DNA of 56,466 nt from Actinomycetota bacterium (GTDB lineage: Bacteria; Actinomycetota; UBA4738; HRBIN12). The notes beneath the pieces are model-generated. The model worked only from the letters and a program-made list of their open reading frames with translations, ran no database searches and was not told the origin of the DNA. The DNA lies in NCBI GenBank assembly GCA_016201135.1, contig JACQDK010000005.1, positions 1-56,466 of the forward strand. Reading direction: 5' to 3'. The position numbers and the translations under genes were made by a program. Below are positions 1-9,378 of this stretch, piece by piece. Each line of letters begins with the position of its first letter. Position 1 is the stretch's first letter.

Positions 1-666
1 CATCATGTGCACCATGTACCGGAAGAAGATGACGCGGTCGGCGGTCGTGAGAGCCTCGTCGAACTGGAAGTTGGACTCGAACTGGCCGTTGGCGTCCTCG
101 TGGTCGTTGGCGTAGTTGTCCCAGCCGAGCTGCGTCTGGTACTTCGACAGGGTCGAGATGAAGTCGAACTGCCGGGACAGGGCCTTCATGTCGTAGCAGG
201 GGCGGTCGAGCGTGTCCAGCGGGTCGGCCACGCTGATCGACCCGTCCTCGTCCAGCTTGGTCAGGAAGAACTCGGCCTCCTGGCCGGTCTTGAAGACGTA
301 GCCCATGTCGGCTGCGCGCTTGAGCTGGCGCTTCAGGATGACCCGTGGGCAGTACGGCCACGGCTCGCCCTCCACGTAGATGTCGCAGGCGAACCGGGCG
401 AGGTTGGGCTGCCAGGGCACCGGCGTGAAGCTCTCCGGGTCGGGCATCGCCGCGAGGTCTGGGTCGTTCGGACCCTGCCCGATCTCGCCGGTCGCGAAGC
501 CCGCGAACCCTGCCCCCTCGGCGAACACGTCCTCCAGGTGGTTGGCCGGGACCAGCTTCGCGTTGGCCTTGCCGTACATCTCCACGAACTGCGCGAAGAT
601 GAACTCGATCCCCATCTTGTCGACGAGCTTGCGGACCTCCTCGACCGACTTGGGCCTATCAGCCAT
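1..666 (-). CDS. gmaS: Gamma-glutamylmethylamide synthetase (type III glutamine synthetase, GlnT/GmaS), N-terminal part; runs off the window start
   Basis: Hand-translated (not in the ORF track because it is open at the window edge): MADRPKSVEEVRKLVDKMGIEFIFAQFVEMYGKANAKLVPANHLEDVFAEGAGFAGFATGEIGQGPNDPDLAAMPDP...GQEAEFF...RPCYD...ANDHEDANGQFESNF. The AKLVP/GAGFAGFA and DHEDANGQFE motifs are typical of GlnT/GmaS. The ATG overlaps the end of the upstream regulator. Confidence 0.85.
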   Translation of the reverse strand, partial: MADRPKSVEEVRKLVDKMGIEFIFAQFVEMYGKANAKLVPANHLEDVFAEGAGFAGFATGEIGQGPNDPDLAAMPDPESFTPVPWQPNLARFACDIYVEGEPWPYCPRVILKRQLKRAADMGYVFKTGQEAEFFLTKLDEDGSISVADPLDTLDRPCYDMKALSRQFDFISTLSKYQTQLGWDNYANDHEDANGQFESNFQFDEALTTADRVIFFRYMVHMM

Positions 667-2470
667 CCTTGCCCCCTTCCCCTACAGCCGTCTTCCGCAT
701 CCGACGCAACTTGACGACCTTCGCCGCCACCGCGAGCGAGAGCCAGTCCTCTCGCTCGAGGTCGATCCCCGACTCGCGCTCGATGCGGTCGAGACGCTGC
801 CGGAGGGTGTTCGGGTGGATGAACAGGGCGCGCGAGGTCGCCACCACGTTGCCCCTGTGGTCCAGGTAGCCCTCGAGCGTGTCGAGCAGCTGGGTGCCGC
901 GCTTGCGGTCGTACTCCACGAGGAGCTCCAGGCGCTGCTGAGAGCGGTCCCGGAGGTCGTCCTCGGTCTGGAGCACGTACCGGTAGGGGCCGAGGTCCTC
1001 GTAGGCGGTTACCCCGGGCGCCCCCCTGATCAGCGCGCCCACCTCCGCCGCGGACTCGGCCTCCTGGAACCCGCGAGCGAACGACCGCGGGCCGCTGCAC
1101 GCGGCGGAGGCGCCCACCGAGAGCCCATCGCCCGAGACGGGGTCCCCCCAGTCCATGTCCAGCACCGACCTGAGGATCTCCTCCGCGTCTGCCTCCCCGA
1201 TCGGGACTATCGCCCGGATCGACCGCTCGAGGTTGTCGACCAGCACGTTCGGGAACCGCGCGACCAGCCGCGCCTCGACCTGGCCGGCGCGGTCCGGCCA
1301 GGAGAGGCGGGGCTTCGGCTTGAGTCCCGGCTTGGGCTTGGCTCGGCTGCCGGTGGCCTTCCAGGGGACGATGTGCAGCACGAGGTGCGGCGACGATAGG
1401 TCGCAGGCCAGGCGCGCCGCGAGCGCGCCCACCGCCTCCCGCTCGGCATCTCCCCGAGCGAGCATCTGGAAGAAGTCCTTCAGGAGATTCTTCTCCCGCA
1501 GGTGCTCGATCACCTGGTGCTGCTTGAGCGCCACGGCCGTGTGGGCTGCCACCGCGGCCAGGGCAGTCTCGGCCTCGCCGGCCCGGCCCGGGATCGTCAC
1601 GCCGACGAGGCCCAGCCGCTCACCGCCGGCCACGAGCGGCAACACGATCGGGATGCCTTCGAAGGGTTCGCCCCAGAGGGCGGCGGCCAGCCGGCGAGAC
1701 TTCTCCGAGCGAGCCTTCGACGGCGCCTCCAGGGCGTCGAGCCACAGCGAGCGGGTGTCGAGCGGCTCCGGAGAAGAACGCTCGGGTCTTGCGACCGCGA
1801 GCCGGAGCCGGCCGTCTGGATCGAGCAGGTGGATCTCGGCGCGGTCGGCCCGAAGGAGCTCCAGGAGGCTGGCGGCCACCACCCGGAGGACGTCGTCCTG
1901 GCTGCCCGCCGACGCGATCCGCTGGGAGAGCTGCGACAGGTTCGACAGCAGCGCCACGCGCGCGGTGGCATCCTCGTAGAGCCGGGCGTTCTCCACCGCG
2001 CCCGAGATCAGCGCCGCCGTGTGCTCCAGGAAGTCAAGGTCGGTTCGGGCGAACTCGTGCGGCGCGTCGGCGTGCAGCGTGATCACGCCGATCACGTCGC
2101 CCGCGCGGGCGAAGATCGGCACCGAGACGAGCGACTGGTACACCTCGTCGCCCAGCTCCGGGAAGGACGCGCGGCGCACGCGGGGATCCTCGAGCGCGCC
2201 CTCCCGGATGTGGGCTGAGCGCCGGGTCTTCGCGACCCACCCCGTGAGCCCCTCTCCGAGGGGGATGAGGACCTTGCCCTACAGGTGCTCATACATGCTC
2301 GAAGCGGCGCGGAGCCCGAGGCCGTCGTCGCGCAGGAAGTAGACGAAGCAGGCGTGGCAGGCCGTGGCCTCCGTGACGAGCCGCACCACCCCGCGAAGGA
2401 TCGCCTCCAGATCGGGGCCGGCCCCGATCGTCTGGATCAGCTCGTACAGGTAAGCGCGATCGTCGGTCAC
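659..2470 (-). CDS. GAF-GAF-PucR/CdaR family transcriptional regulator, interrupted by an in-frame TAG at 2279-2281 (nonsense mutation, sequence error or readthrough)
   Basis: ORFs 2279..2542 and 659..2179 are in the same frame and read ...SSMYEHL*GKVLIPLGEGLTGWVAKTRR...SLVSVPIF... as one continuous GAF domain. The C-terminus LLDTLEGYLDHRGNVVATSRALFIHPNTLRQRL is the PucR HTH. Probable start is GTG at 2470. Confidence 0.8.
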
Positions 2471-2736
2471 CCGGCGCACCGCGGCAAGGGGTCCCGATCC
2501 GGTCTTGGCTCTTGCCGCGACCGACCCGTGGGTCGCACTCACCGCGCCGGGTCACCTCCGCACGATATGTGGAGGCTGCCCATAACGAGCCCCCTAGGGC
2601 GCGGACCGTACGCCGGTCGTTCCCGTTCGTCAAGTCCGGGACGCGCCGAGAGCCGCCGCCAAAGCGCGGATGGACGCGGCTGCCCAAAGAGCCCGCCGGG
2701 CGGCGAGCCGCGATGCGGCCGGGTAGGTGCCGGGCG

Positions 2737-3147
2737 CTACCTGGCGATGACCACCGGGCAGTGCGCGAGGTTGATGACCTTGTGGGCCACGCTCCCCACG
2801 AAGGACGCGGCCCAGTCGGAGAGGCCGCGAGAACCCATCACGATGGCGTCGAACCCGCCCTGCTGGGCTTCGTCCACGATCTCGGCGGCCGCGCGTCCGA
2901 AGGGCGCGCTCCTGACCTCCGCTTTGGCTACGATGCCTTGCTCGGCGAGCCGGTCCACCACGGCGCTGGCGATCGCCAGGGCGTCGGCAGGTGCCTCGAG
3001 GGCGCCGTGGAAGCGGCCTATCTCGACCTCCCGGACGTGCATGACCGTCACCTCCGAGCCCATCGCGCCGGCGAGCTGCACCGTGAGCGCGACGGCCTTG
3101 TCGGCCGACTCCGAGCCATCGACCGCGACGAGGATCTTCTCGAACAT
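2737..3147 (-). CDS. Universal stress protein (UspA family)
   Basis: MFEKILVAVDGSESADKAV...IVMGSRG...GSVAHKVINLAHCPVVIAR; GGAGG RBS upstream of ATG at 3147. Confidence 0.93.
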   Translation of the reverse strand: MFEKILVAVDGSESADKAVALTVQLAGAMGSEVTVMHVREVEIGRFHGALEAPADALAIASAVVDRLAEQGIVAKAEVRSAPFGRAAAEIVDEAQQGGFDAIVMGSRGLSDWAASFVGSVAHKVINLAHCPVVIAR

Positions 3148-3169
3148 CTCGTCCACCTCCTCTGCTCCG

Positions 3170-3234
3170 AGCATAGGTGCGCTCCTCGCCCCCTCCAGGG
3201 TCTGTCGACCGGTGCGCCAAGGGTCGTCGGTCCC
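3170..3234 (-). promoter_or_regulatory. usp promoter with two tandem DosR/DevR-like boxes
   Basis: -10-like TATGCT (minus strand, 3170-3175); GGGTC-TGTC-GACCG at 3198-3211 and GGGTC-GTCG-GTCCC at 3221-3234, 23 bp apart. Resembles GGGAC-N4-GnCCC and lies upstream of a usp gene, a typical DosR target. Confidence 0.65.
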
Positions 3235-3288
3235 GCGGCTCGCGAGGGACCGGGAGCGATCAGCCAGGACCCGCGACACGAGGGCGAG

Positions 3289-3307
3289 ATGTGGAGGGAA
3301 CTCACAT
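3289..3307. promoter_or_regulatory. Inverted repeat ATGTG-N9-CACAT, candidate operator of the PucR-family regulator
   Basis: Perfect 5-bp palindrome upstream of the 3579 operon; related sites at 2567-2585 and 26268-26290. Confidence 0.4.
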
Positions 3308-3578
3308 GCTGACGCGGTGCAGCATCTAGCCGAGACGGAGCGATGACGCTAGTATTTCCGCCGCCACAGCCGCCGCGATCGGAAGCGGCAGTTGCGCACG
3401 AGGAGGTCCGATTGCGTTCGATCGTCGACGCTCACACGCTGACGATGCCGACGCACGCCCGCCGCCCTGCTGGGACGGATCCCGGCGGGGCTCCGTCCTC
3501 GGGCTCCGAGCCCCTCGAAGGGTCCCCATCCCACCCCAGCGCCCGCCCCAGCGCCCGCGCAGAAGAAGGGAGAGTCTC

Positions 3579-4973
3579 GTGACGGATCTCGATCGGTTCC
3601 TCGAACAGCCCGGACGGGAAGAAGCCATCGCCGAGGTGAGGAAGCAGATCGACGCCGAGGGCGTCACGTACATGTACTACCAGTTCGTCTCGGTGACCGG
3701 GCGCATCATGGGCAAGGGCATCCCCGCCAAGCACTGGGAGTCCATCGCCCGGCGCGGCTTCCAGCTGGTCTACGGGTCGACGGCGAACCTGTTCGTGGAC
3801 CGGGACGGCAACTACATCGGGTACGGGCCCGAGGCCCGTGAGCTGGTCGGCCTCGCCGACGTGGACACCTTCTGCGTGCTGCCCTGGGACCGCAAGACCG
3901 CCCGCGTCTTCTGCACCCTGTTCCGTGGCCGCGAGGAGGAGGTCGACGGCGGCGCCTTCCTCACATCTGACTGCCGCGGCAACCTGAAGCGGATCCACGA
4001 CGAGTTCACCGCCGAGACCGGGCTGCATCTGCGGGCGGGCTGCGAGCCCGAGATGATGTGGCTCAAGACCAACCCCGACGGCACGCCGTCGGTCGAGGGC
4101 AAGACGAAGCCGTACTGCTACCACATCGACCAGTTCTCCGAGCTTCAGCCGATCATCCACAAGGTGATGGAGTACGGCGAGGCGATGGGGCTGGACATGA
4201 TCCAGGGCGACCACGAGGACGCGCCCGGCCAGCTCGAGCTGAACTTCATGTTCGACAAGGCCGAGCTCACCGCCGACCGGCTCACCACCTACCGCCAGAT
4301 CTGCCGCCAGGTGGGGCGTGAGATGAACGCCTTCGCCTGCTTCATGCCCAAGCCCTTCATGGGGGTCTCGGCGAACGGGTGCCACCACAACATCTCCCTG
4401 TGGCAGGGCGACCAGAACATGTTCCTGCCCGACGGCGACGATCCCCGGGTGCCCGGCAAGGTCGGCCTGCACGCGATCGGCGGCGTGCTGAAGCACCTGC
4501 GGGCCCTCACGTGCATCACCTCGCCCACCGTGAACTCCTACCGGCGGTTCTGGGACGCGGGCTTCTGGGCTCCGATCTTCGCGGACTGGGGCTTCCAGAA
4601 CAGGACGACGGCCCTGCGCATCTCGGCGCCGGGCCGCTACGAGTACCGATCGGTCGACTCCGCGGTGAACCCCTACCTGTCGTTCGCCGCGTTGCTTGTC
4701 GCGATGAAGGACGGCTTGGAGAACAGCATCGACCCCGGCCCGCCCGAGGAGCGGAACATCTACGACGCGATCGCCGCGGGCAAGGACGTCACCCGGATCC
4801 CCGAGACGCTTGGCGAGGCGCTGGACGCCCTCGCCGCCGACGACGTCGTCAGGGCGGCAATGCCCGGCGACATGGAGCGCGTGTTCATGCACTACAAGCG
4901 CGACGAGTGGACGCGGTTCATCGCGACGGTGAGCGACTGGGACATCGGCGAGTACCTGGACATCCTCCCCTAG
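3579..4973 (+). CDS. Glutamine synthetase-like gamma-glutamyl-amine ligase (second, divergent GS paralog)
   Basis: GS catalytic motifs GCEPE, DHEDAPGQLE, MPKP, NGCHHNIS, NRT, EYRSVD. The Glu-flap reads GFWAP instead of GFEAP, as in amine-glutamylating GS-like enzymes. Confidence 0.85.
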   Translation: MTDLDRFLEQPGREEAIAEVRKQIDAEGVTYMYYQFVSVTGRIMGKGIPAKHWESIARRGFQLVYGSTANLFVDRDGNYIGYGPEARELVGLADVDTFCVLPWDRKTARVFCTLFRGREEEVDGGAFLTSDCRGNLKRIHDEFTAETGLHLRAGCEPEMMWLKTNPDGTPSVEGKTKPYCYHIDQFSELQPIIHKVMEYGEAMGLDMIQGDHEDAPGQLELNFMFDKAELTADRLTTYRQICRQVGREMNAFACFMPKPFMGVSANGCHHNISLWQGDQNMFLPDGDDPRVPGKVGLHAIGGVLKHLRALTCITSPTVNSYRRFWDAGFWAPIFADWGFQNRTTALRISAPGRYEYRSVDSAVNPYLSFAALLVAMKDGLENSIDPGPPEERNIYDAIAAGKDVTRIPETLGEALDALAADDVVRAAMPGDMERVFMHYKRDEWTRFIATVSDWDIGEYLDILP

Positions 4974-4995
4974 AGGAAAGGAGCGCACCGCCCCC

Positions 4996-5925
4996 ATGTG
5001 CGGCATCGCAGGCATAATCCACCGGGACGCAGCAGCGGACATCGGCACGGAGATGACCCGCATGCTTCAGTCGATGAAGCATCGCGGGCCGGACTCGTCC
5101 GGCTACGCGCTGTTCGGCCCGCAGAGCGACATGGTCGTCATCAGGTTCAAGCTCGCCGATGCCAACGACCGGCGCGGCTTCGACTTCAAGGAGCGGCTGG
5201 AGCGTCACCGTCAGGAGGTCGAGACCCGCCTGTCCAAGATCGGCGCCTCCATCGACCGGGTGGAGAGAGAGACCGAGTACGCCTACCGCGCCAAGGTCCG
5301 CTACGAGGGCGACCTGAAGGCGCTCGCCGACTACCTCGAGGACGTACCTGGCTGCGAGGTCCTCTCGATGGGGCACTCCCTCGAGATCGTGAAGGACCTG
5401 GGCGACGCGAACGAGGTGTCGGACCTATACCGGCTGGGCGGCTTCGAGGGGACTCACGCGATCGGGCACGTGCGGATGGCGACCGAGTCCGACGTCGACA
5501 TCTCCGGAGCGCACCCGTACTGGGCCTACCCGTTCTCCGACGTGGCCGTGGTCCACAACGGGCAGCTCACGAACTACTTCCACTGGCGTCGCCGGCTGGA
5601 GCGCTCCGGGCACCGGTTCCAGTCCGAGTGCGACTCCGAGATCATCGCCGTGTACCTCGCCGAGAAGATGGCCGATGGGGTAGGGCTCGAGGATGCCATG
5701 CACCAGAGCCTGGAGGAGCTCGACGGAGTGTTCACGTACATGGCCGTCACGAGCGACTCGCTCGGCGTGGCGAAGGACGAGATGGCCGCGAAGCCGCTCG
5801 TGCTCTTCGAGTCCGACGACCTGGTCGCGATGGCCTCCGAGGAGATCGCGATACGCGCGCTGATCGACCACGAGATCGATACGTACGATCCGTACGAGGG
5901 GCAGGTGCTGGCATGGACACGGTAG
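4996..5925 (+). CDS. mgsA: N-methylglutamate synthase subunit A-like (class II glutamine amidotransferase, GlxB), copy 1
   Basis: N-terminal MCGIAG, HRGPDS, IGHVRMATES, VHNGQLTN, CDSEII; first gene of a GATase-GXGXG-FMN triplet. Confidence 0.82.
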   Translation: MCGIAGIIHRDAAADIGTEMTRMLQSMKHRGPDSSGYALFGPQSDMVVIRFKLADANDRRGFDFKERLERHRQEVETRLSKIGASIDRVERETEYAYRAKVRYEGDLKALADYLEDVPGCEVLSMGHSLEIVKDLGDANEVSDLYRLGGFEGTHAIGHVRMATESDVDISGAHPYWAYPFSDVAVVHNGQLTNYFHWRRRLERSGHRFQSECDSEIIAVYLAEKMADGVGLEDAMHQSLEELDGVFTYMAVTSDSLGVAKDEMAAKPLVLFESDDLVAMASEEIAIRALIDHEIDTYDPYEGQVLAWTR

Positions 5926-6701
5926 GCGAGCGCAGGATTACCTACGATGCAAGGGGTCTCGCCGAGCCCAACGCCGAGGTCCCGCACGTCTCCGAGATCG
6001 ACGGCGGCAGGGCGGTGTTCGACGCTGCGGATCTGACGACGCGACAGATCAACCTGGAGCTCCGCTCGCTCATCTACGAGCAGGGCATCCGCGACGTCAC
6101 GGTGCGCAATCCCGGTGCGAAGCATTCGATAGGGGTGGGCATCCTCCAGCGCTGCAAGATCCGCTACGAGGGGAGCCTGGGGTACTTCGGGCTGGGAGTG
6201 ATCGACGGCCCCGAGATCGTGGTGACCGGCCGGGTGGGCTGGTCCGTGTGCGAGAACATGATGTCAGGCGTCGTCGTGATCGAGAAGAACGCCGGCTCGC
6301 TCACCGGGGCCGCGATCCGCGGCGGGGACCTCGTGGTGAAAGGCGGTGTCGGCGCGAGGACCTGGATCGACCAGAAGGGCGGGACGATCATGGTCGGCGG
6401 CAACGCGGGATCGATGACCGGGTTCATGATGCAGCGCGGGCGGCAGATCATCTGCGGAGACGTCGGCGACGGCCTGGGCGACTCGATGTACGACGGCACG
6501 CTCTACGTCGCAGGCAAGGTGAAGTCCCTCGGCATCGACTGCGTCCCGGGGGAGTGGACCGACGCCGACACGGAGCTGATCGAGCGGAAGTTCCGGATGT
6601 ACGGCCTGGACAAGCCGGACTCGTTCCAGAAGTTCGTGTGTGGGAAGCAGCTCTACAACTACGACAACCTTGAGCCGAGCGAGAAGAAGCTCGTCATCTG
6701 A
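5913..6701 (+). CDS. mgsB: N-methylglutamate synthase subunit B-like (GltB C-terminal GXGXG beta-helix, GlxC), copy 1
   Basis: ATG at 5913 inside ORF 4998..6701: NPGAKHSIGVG, GRVGWSVCENMMSG, GFMMQRG, GDSMYDG, QLYNY. Confidence 0.82.
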   Translation: MDTVGERRITYDARGLAEPNAEVPHVSEIDGGRAVFDAADLTTRQINLELRSLIYEQGIRDVTVRNPGAKHSIGVGILQRCKIRYEGSLGYFGLGVIDGPEIVVTGRVGWSVCENMMSGVVVIEKNAGSLTGAAIRGGDLVVKGGVGARTWIDQKGGTIMVGGNAGSMTGFMMQRGRQIICGDVGDGLGDSMYDGTLYVAGKVKSLGIDCVPGEWTDADTELIERKFRMYGLDKPDSFQKFVCGKQLYNYDNLEPSEKKLVI

Positions 6702-6721
6702 GCGAAGGGGCAGGCGAAGCG

Positions 6722-8131
6722 ATGGCAGACGACGTCTCCTCCCGTAGGAACGTTCTTGGCCGCTCGAAGATCTTCACGGAGGACGTCATGAACGACATCC
6801 ACGTGAAGGCCGAGCTCGGCCGCTACAGGATGCGCGGCTTCTCGATGTTCAAGCCGATCCCGCACTGGGACGAGCTGATGTTCCTTCCGGGCACCCTCAC
6901 CCGTTTCGTGATCGAGGGCTACCGGGAGAAGTGTGAGACGAAGACGGTGATCGGCGCGAGGTTCGCCAAGAACCCGCTCGAGCTCGAGATCCCGATCTAC
7001 ATCACGGGGATGAGCTTCGGGGCGCTCTCGCTGGAGGCCAAGATGGCCCTCGCCAAGGGCGCGTCCATGGCGGGGACCGCCACGTGCTCGGGGGAGGGCG
7101 GGATGATCCCGCCCGAGCGCGACCACTCGACGAAGTGGTTCTACCAGGTGATCCAGAGCCGCTACGGGTTCAATCCTCATCACCTGATGCTCGCCGACGG
7201 AGTCGAGTTCTTCATCGGCCAGGGCTGCAAGGTGGGCCTGGGCGGCCACCTGATGGGTCAGAAGGTCACGGAGCAGGTCGCCGAGATGCGGTCCCTGCCG
7301 GCCGGGATCGACCAGCGCTCGCCGGCCCGCCACCCGGACTGGCTGGGTCCCGACGACCTCTCGCTCAAGGTGCAGGAGGTTCGCGAGGCCACCGACTACC
7401 GCGTGCCGATCCAGCTGAAGCTGGGAGCCGCCCGGGTCTACGACGACGTGCGGATGGCTGCGAAGTGCGGCCCGGACTCCATCTACCTGGACGGGGCCGA
7501 GGGCTCGACCGGAGCCGGTCCGCACATCGCCACCGAGGAGACGGGCATCCCGCTCATGGCCGCGATCCCTGAGGCCCGGCGGGCGCTCGAGGACGTGGGC
7601 CTGGCCGACGAGATCGACCTGATCGTCGCTGGGGGCATCCGCAACGGCGCCGACGTCGCCAAGTGCCTGGCCCTCGGCGCGAAGGCGGTCGCGATCGGCC
7701 ACTCCGCCCTGATGGCCCTCAACTGCAACAAGGACATCCCAGGCGTGACCGACTACGAGGGCACGGTAGGAGTCCCCGCCGGCCAGTGCTACCACTGCCA
7801 CACCGGCAGGTGTCCGGTCGGGATCACGACGCAGGACCCCGAGCTCCGCAAGAGGCTGAACGTCGAGGAGGGCGCGCTCCGCGTCTACAACTTCCTCACC
7901 GCGATGACGATGGAGCTCCAGATGCTCGCGCGCGCCTGCGGCAAGACCGACGTGCACTCGCTCGAGCCCGAGGACCTGTGCGCGCTCACGCTGGAGGCCT
8001 CGGCGATGGCGAAGGTACCGCTCGCGGGGACCAGCTACATCCCCGGCGTGACCGAGGAGAGCACCCTCGACCGGATCAAGACGATGATGGAGAAGTACCT
8101 GGCCGACACGGGCCAGTACCCGAACGCCTAG
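6722..8131 (+). CDS. mgsC: N-methylglutamate synthase subunit C-like (FMN-binding glutamate synthase domain, GlxD), copy 1
   Basis: GMSFGALS, SGEGG, GQGCKVGLGG, DQRSPARHPD, DGAEGSTGA, CYHCHTGRCPVGITTQD (FeS motif). Confidence 0.85.
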   Translation: MADDVSSRRNVLGRSKIFTEDVMNDIHVKAELGRYRMRGFSMFKPIPHWDELMFLPGTLTRFVIEGYREKCETKTVIGARFAKNPLELEIPIYITGMSFGALSLEAKMALAKGASMAGTATCSGEGGMIPPERDHSTKWFYQVIQSRYGFNPHHLMLADGVEFFIGQGCKVGLGGHLMGQKVTEQVAEMRSLPAGIDQRSPARHPDWLGPDDLSLKVQEVREATDYRVPIQLKLGAARVYDDVRMAAKCGPDSIYLDGAEGSTGAGPHIATEETGIPLMAAIPEARRALEDVGLADEIDLIVAGGIRNGADVAKCLALGAKAVAIGHSALMALNCNKDIPGVTDYEGTVGVPAGQCYHCHTGRCPVGITTQDPELRKRLNVEEGALRVYNFLTAMTMELQMLARACGKTDVHSLEPEDLCALTLEASAMAKVPLAGTSYIPGVTEESTLDRIKTMMEKYLADTGQYPNA

Positions 8132-8141
8132 GAGAGACTCG

Positions 8142-8576
8142 ATGACCCAATCGCATCTCACCACGAAGATCGGGATCGACGCCGAGGAGCTGGCCGGCCA
8201 CCGGTTCCCGTACCAGGAGGACCCGTCGCTCCTGGACGACATCGACCTCATGGCGCTCACGCCGGGCGAGGACCTCAACTGGCTCGAGGACATCCACCTG
8301 CTCGGCGAGGACGACATGCCGGCGGTGTTCGACCGGTACTCGAACTCGTTCCTCAAGATCTACTTCCCGATCCCGCAGGGACGTGAGGACGAGATCGCGA
8401 GGAAGGTGCTGATGAAGCACCTGACGAGCGGCAACTCGTACGGGATCCAGCTCAAGGGTCGGCACGCCAAGTTCGCACAGCCGGCGCTGGGACCGTGGGT
8501 GGAAGGCTCCGAGACGGTCGGTGCCGACTACCATCCCTCGGCCCTCGAGGGCTGGGAAAGGCCGGCCGGGCACTGA
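8142..8576 (+). CDS. Hypothetical protein (144 aa) inside mgs operon 1
   Basis: AGGAG RBS, GC3-biased codons, 10 bp after mgsC; no recognisable family. Confidence 0.8.
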   Translation: MTQSHLTTKIGIDAEELAGHRFPYQEDPSLLDDIDLMALTPGEDLNWLEDIHLLGEDDMPAVFDRYSNSFLKIYFPIPQGREDEIARKVLMKHLTSGNSYGIQLKGRHAKFAQPALGPWVEGSETVGADYHPSALEGWERPAGH

Positions 8577-8586
8577 GGACCTCCGG

Positions 8587-9378
8587 GTGACCCCGCGCCG
8601 ACCGCTCGTCGCGATCTCCGAAGGCTTCGCGGACTACGGCGACTACTACGGGTTCGGCTACGGCCGGCCGCTCCTGGCGGTCGGCGCCCTGCCGGTCCTG
8701 CTGCCGTACTACGAGAGCGAGGCAGACCGCGCCGAGCTGATCGAGCGCGTCGACGGGCTGGTGCTCGCCGGGGGCCGCGACATCGAGACGTGGAGGTACG
8801 GGCGCGAGGATCCGCACCCGGCCCAGGGCGAATCGCAGCCGCACCTGGACGAGATCGACCTCTCATACGCTCGGCTGGCGGTCGAGGCTGGCGTGCCGGT
8901 CCTGGGCGTGTGCCGTGGCTGCCAGGTCCTGAACGTGGCGTTCGGCGGCACTCTCTACGGCGACATGGCCGAGTACCCGGATGCCGGAGCGGATCATCCC
9001 GGCGCGAAGTGGAAGGAGTGGCGCGAGCTCGTCCGGGCGACGCTGGATGGCACGCCGCGCCCGCCGCACCCGGCGCACCCGATCGAGATCGCGCCCGATT
9101 CCATGCTCGCGTCGCACCTGGGGGAGCGGGCGATCGTCGACAGCTACCACCATCAGGCGATCCGCGAGCTCGGACGAGGTCTCCGCGCGGTCGCGTGGGC
9201 TCCCCACGGGGTGATCGAGGCGATCGAGATGCCCGGGGCCTCCGCGTTCTTCCTGGGGGTCCAGTGGGAGATCCACGAGGAGTGGCAGGAAGACGAGCGC
9301 ACGCTCGCGGTGTGGCGGACGCTCGCCGAGGCCGCAGAGCGGCGCTCGTCGGCCCGCGAGGCCGCGGTGGTCCCGTGA
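8587..9378 (+). CDS. Gamma-glutamyl-gamma-aminobutyrate hydrolase family (PuuD / peptidase C26, class I GATase)
   Basis: DGLVLAGGRD, PVLGVCRGCQVLNVAFGGTL (Cys nucleophile), SYHHQAI, LGVQWEIHE (variant of QWHPE). GTG start at 8587. Confidence 0.85.
   Translation: MTPRRPLVAISEGFADYGDYYGFGYGRPLLAVGALPVLLPYYESEADRAELIERVDGLVLAGGRDIETWRYGREDPHPAQGESQPHLDEIDLSYARLAVEAGVPVLGVCRGCQVLNVAFGGTLYGDMAEYPDAGADHPGAKWKEWRELVRATLDGTPRPPHPAHPIEIAPDSMLASHLGERAIVDSYHHQAIRELGRGLRAVAWAPHGVIEAIEMPGASAFFLGVQWEIHEEWQEDERTLAVWRTLAEAAERRSSAREAAVVP

Noticed and set aside
4996-8131. Split glutamate synthase (GOGAT) for ammonia assimilation
   Set aside because: The three-gene GlxBCD layout, lack of gltD and linkage to gmaS/mgd/tmd fit N-methylglutamate synthase better.
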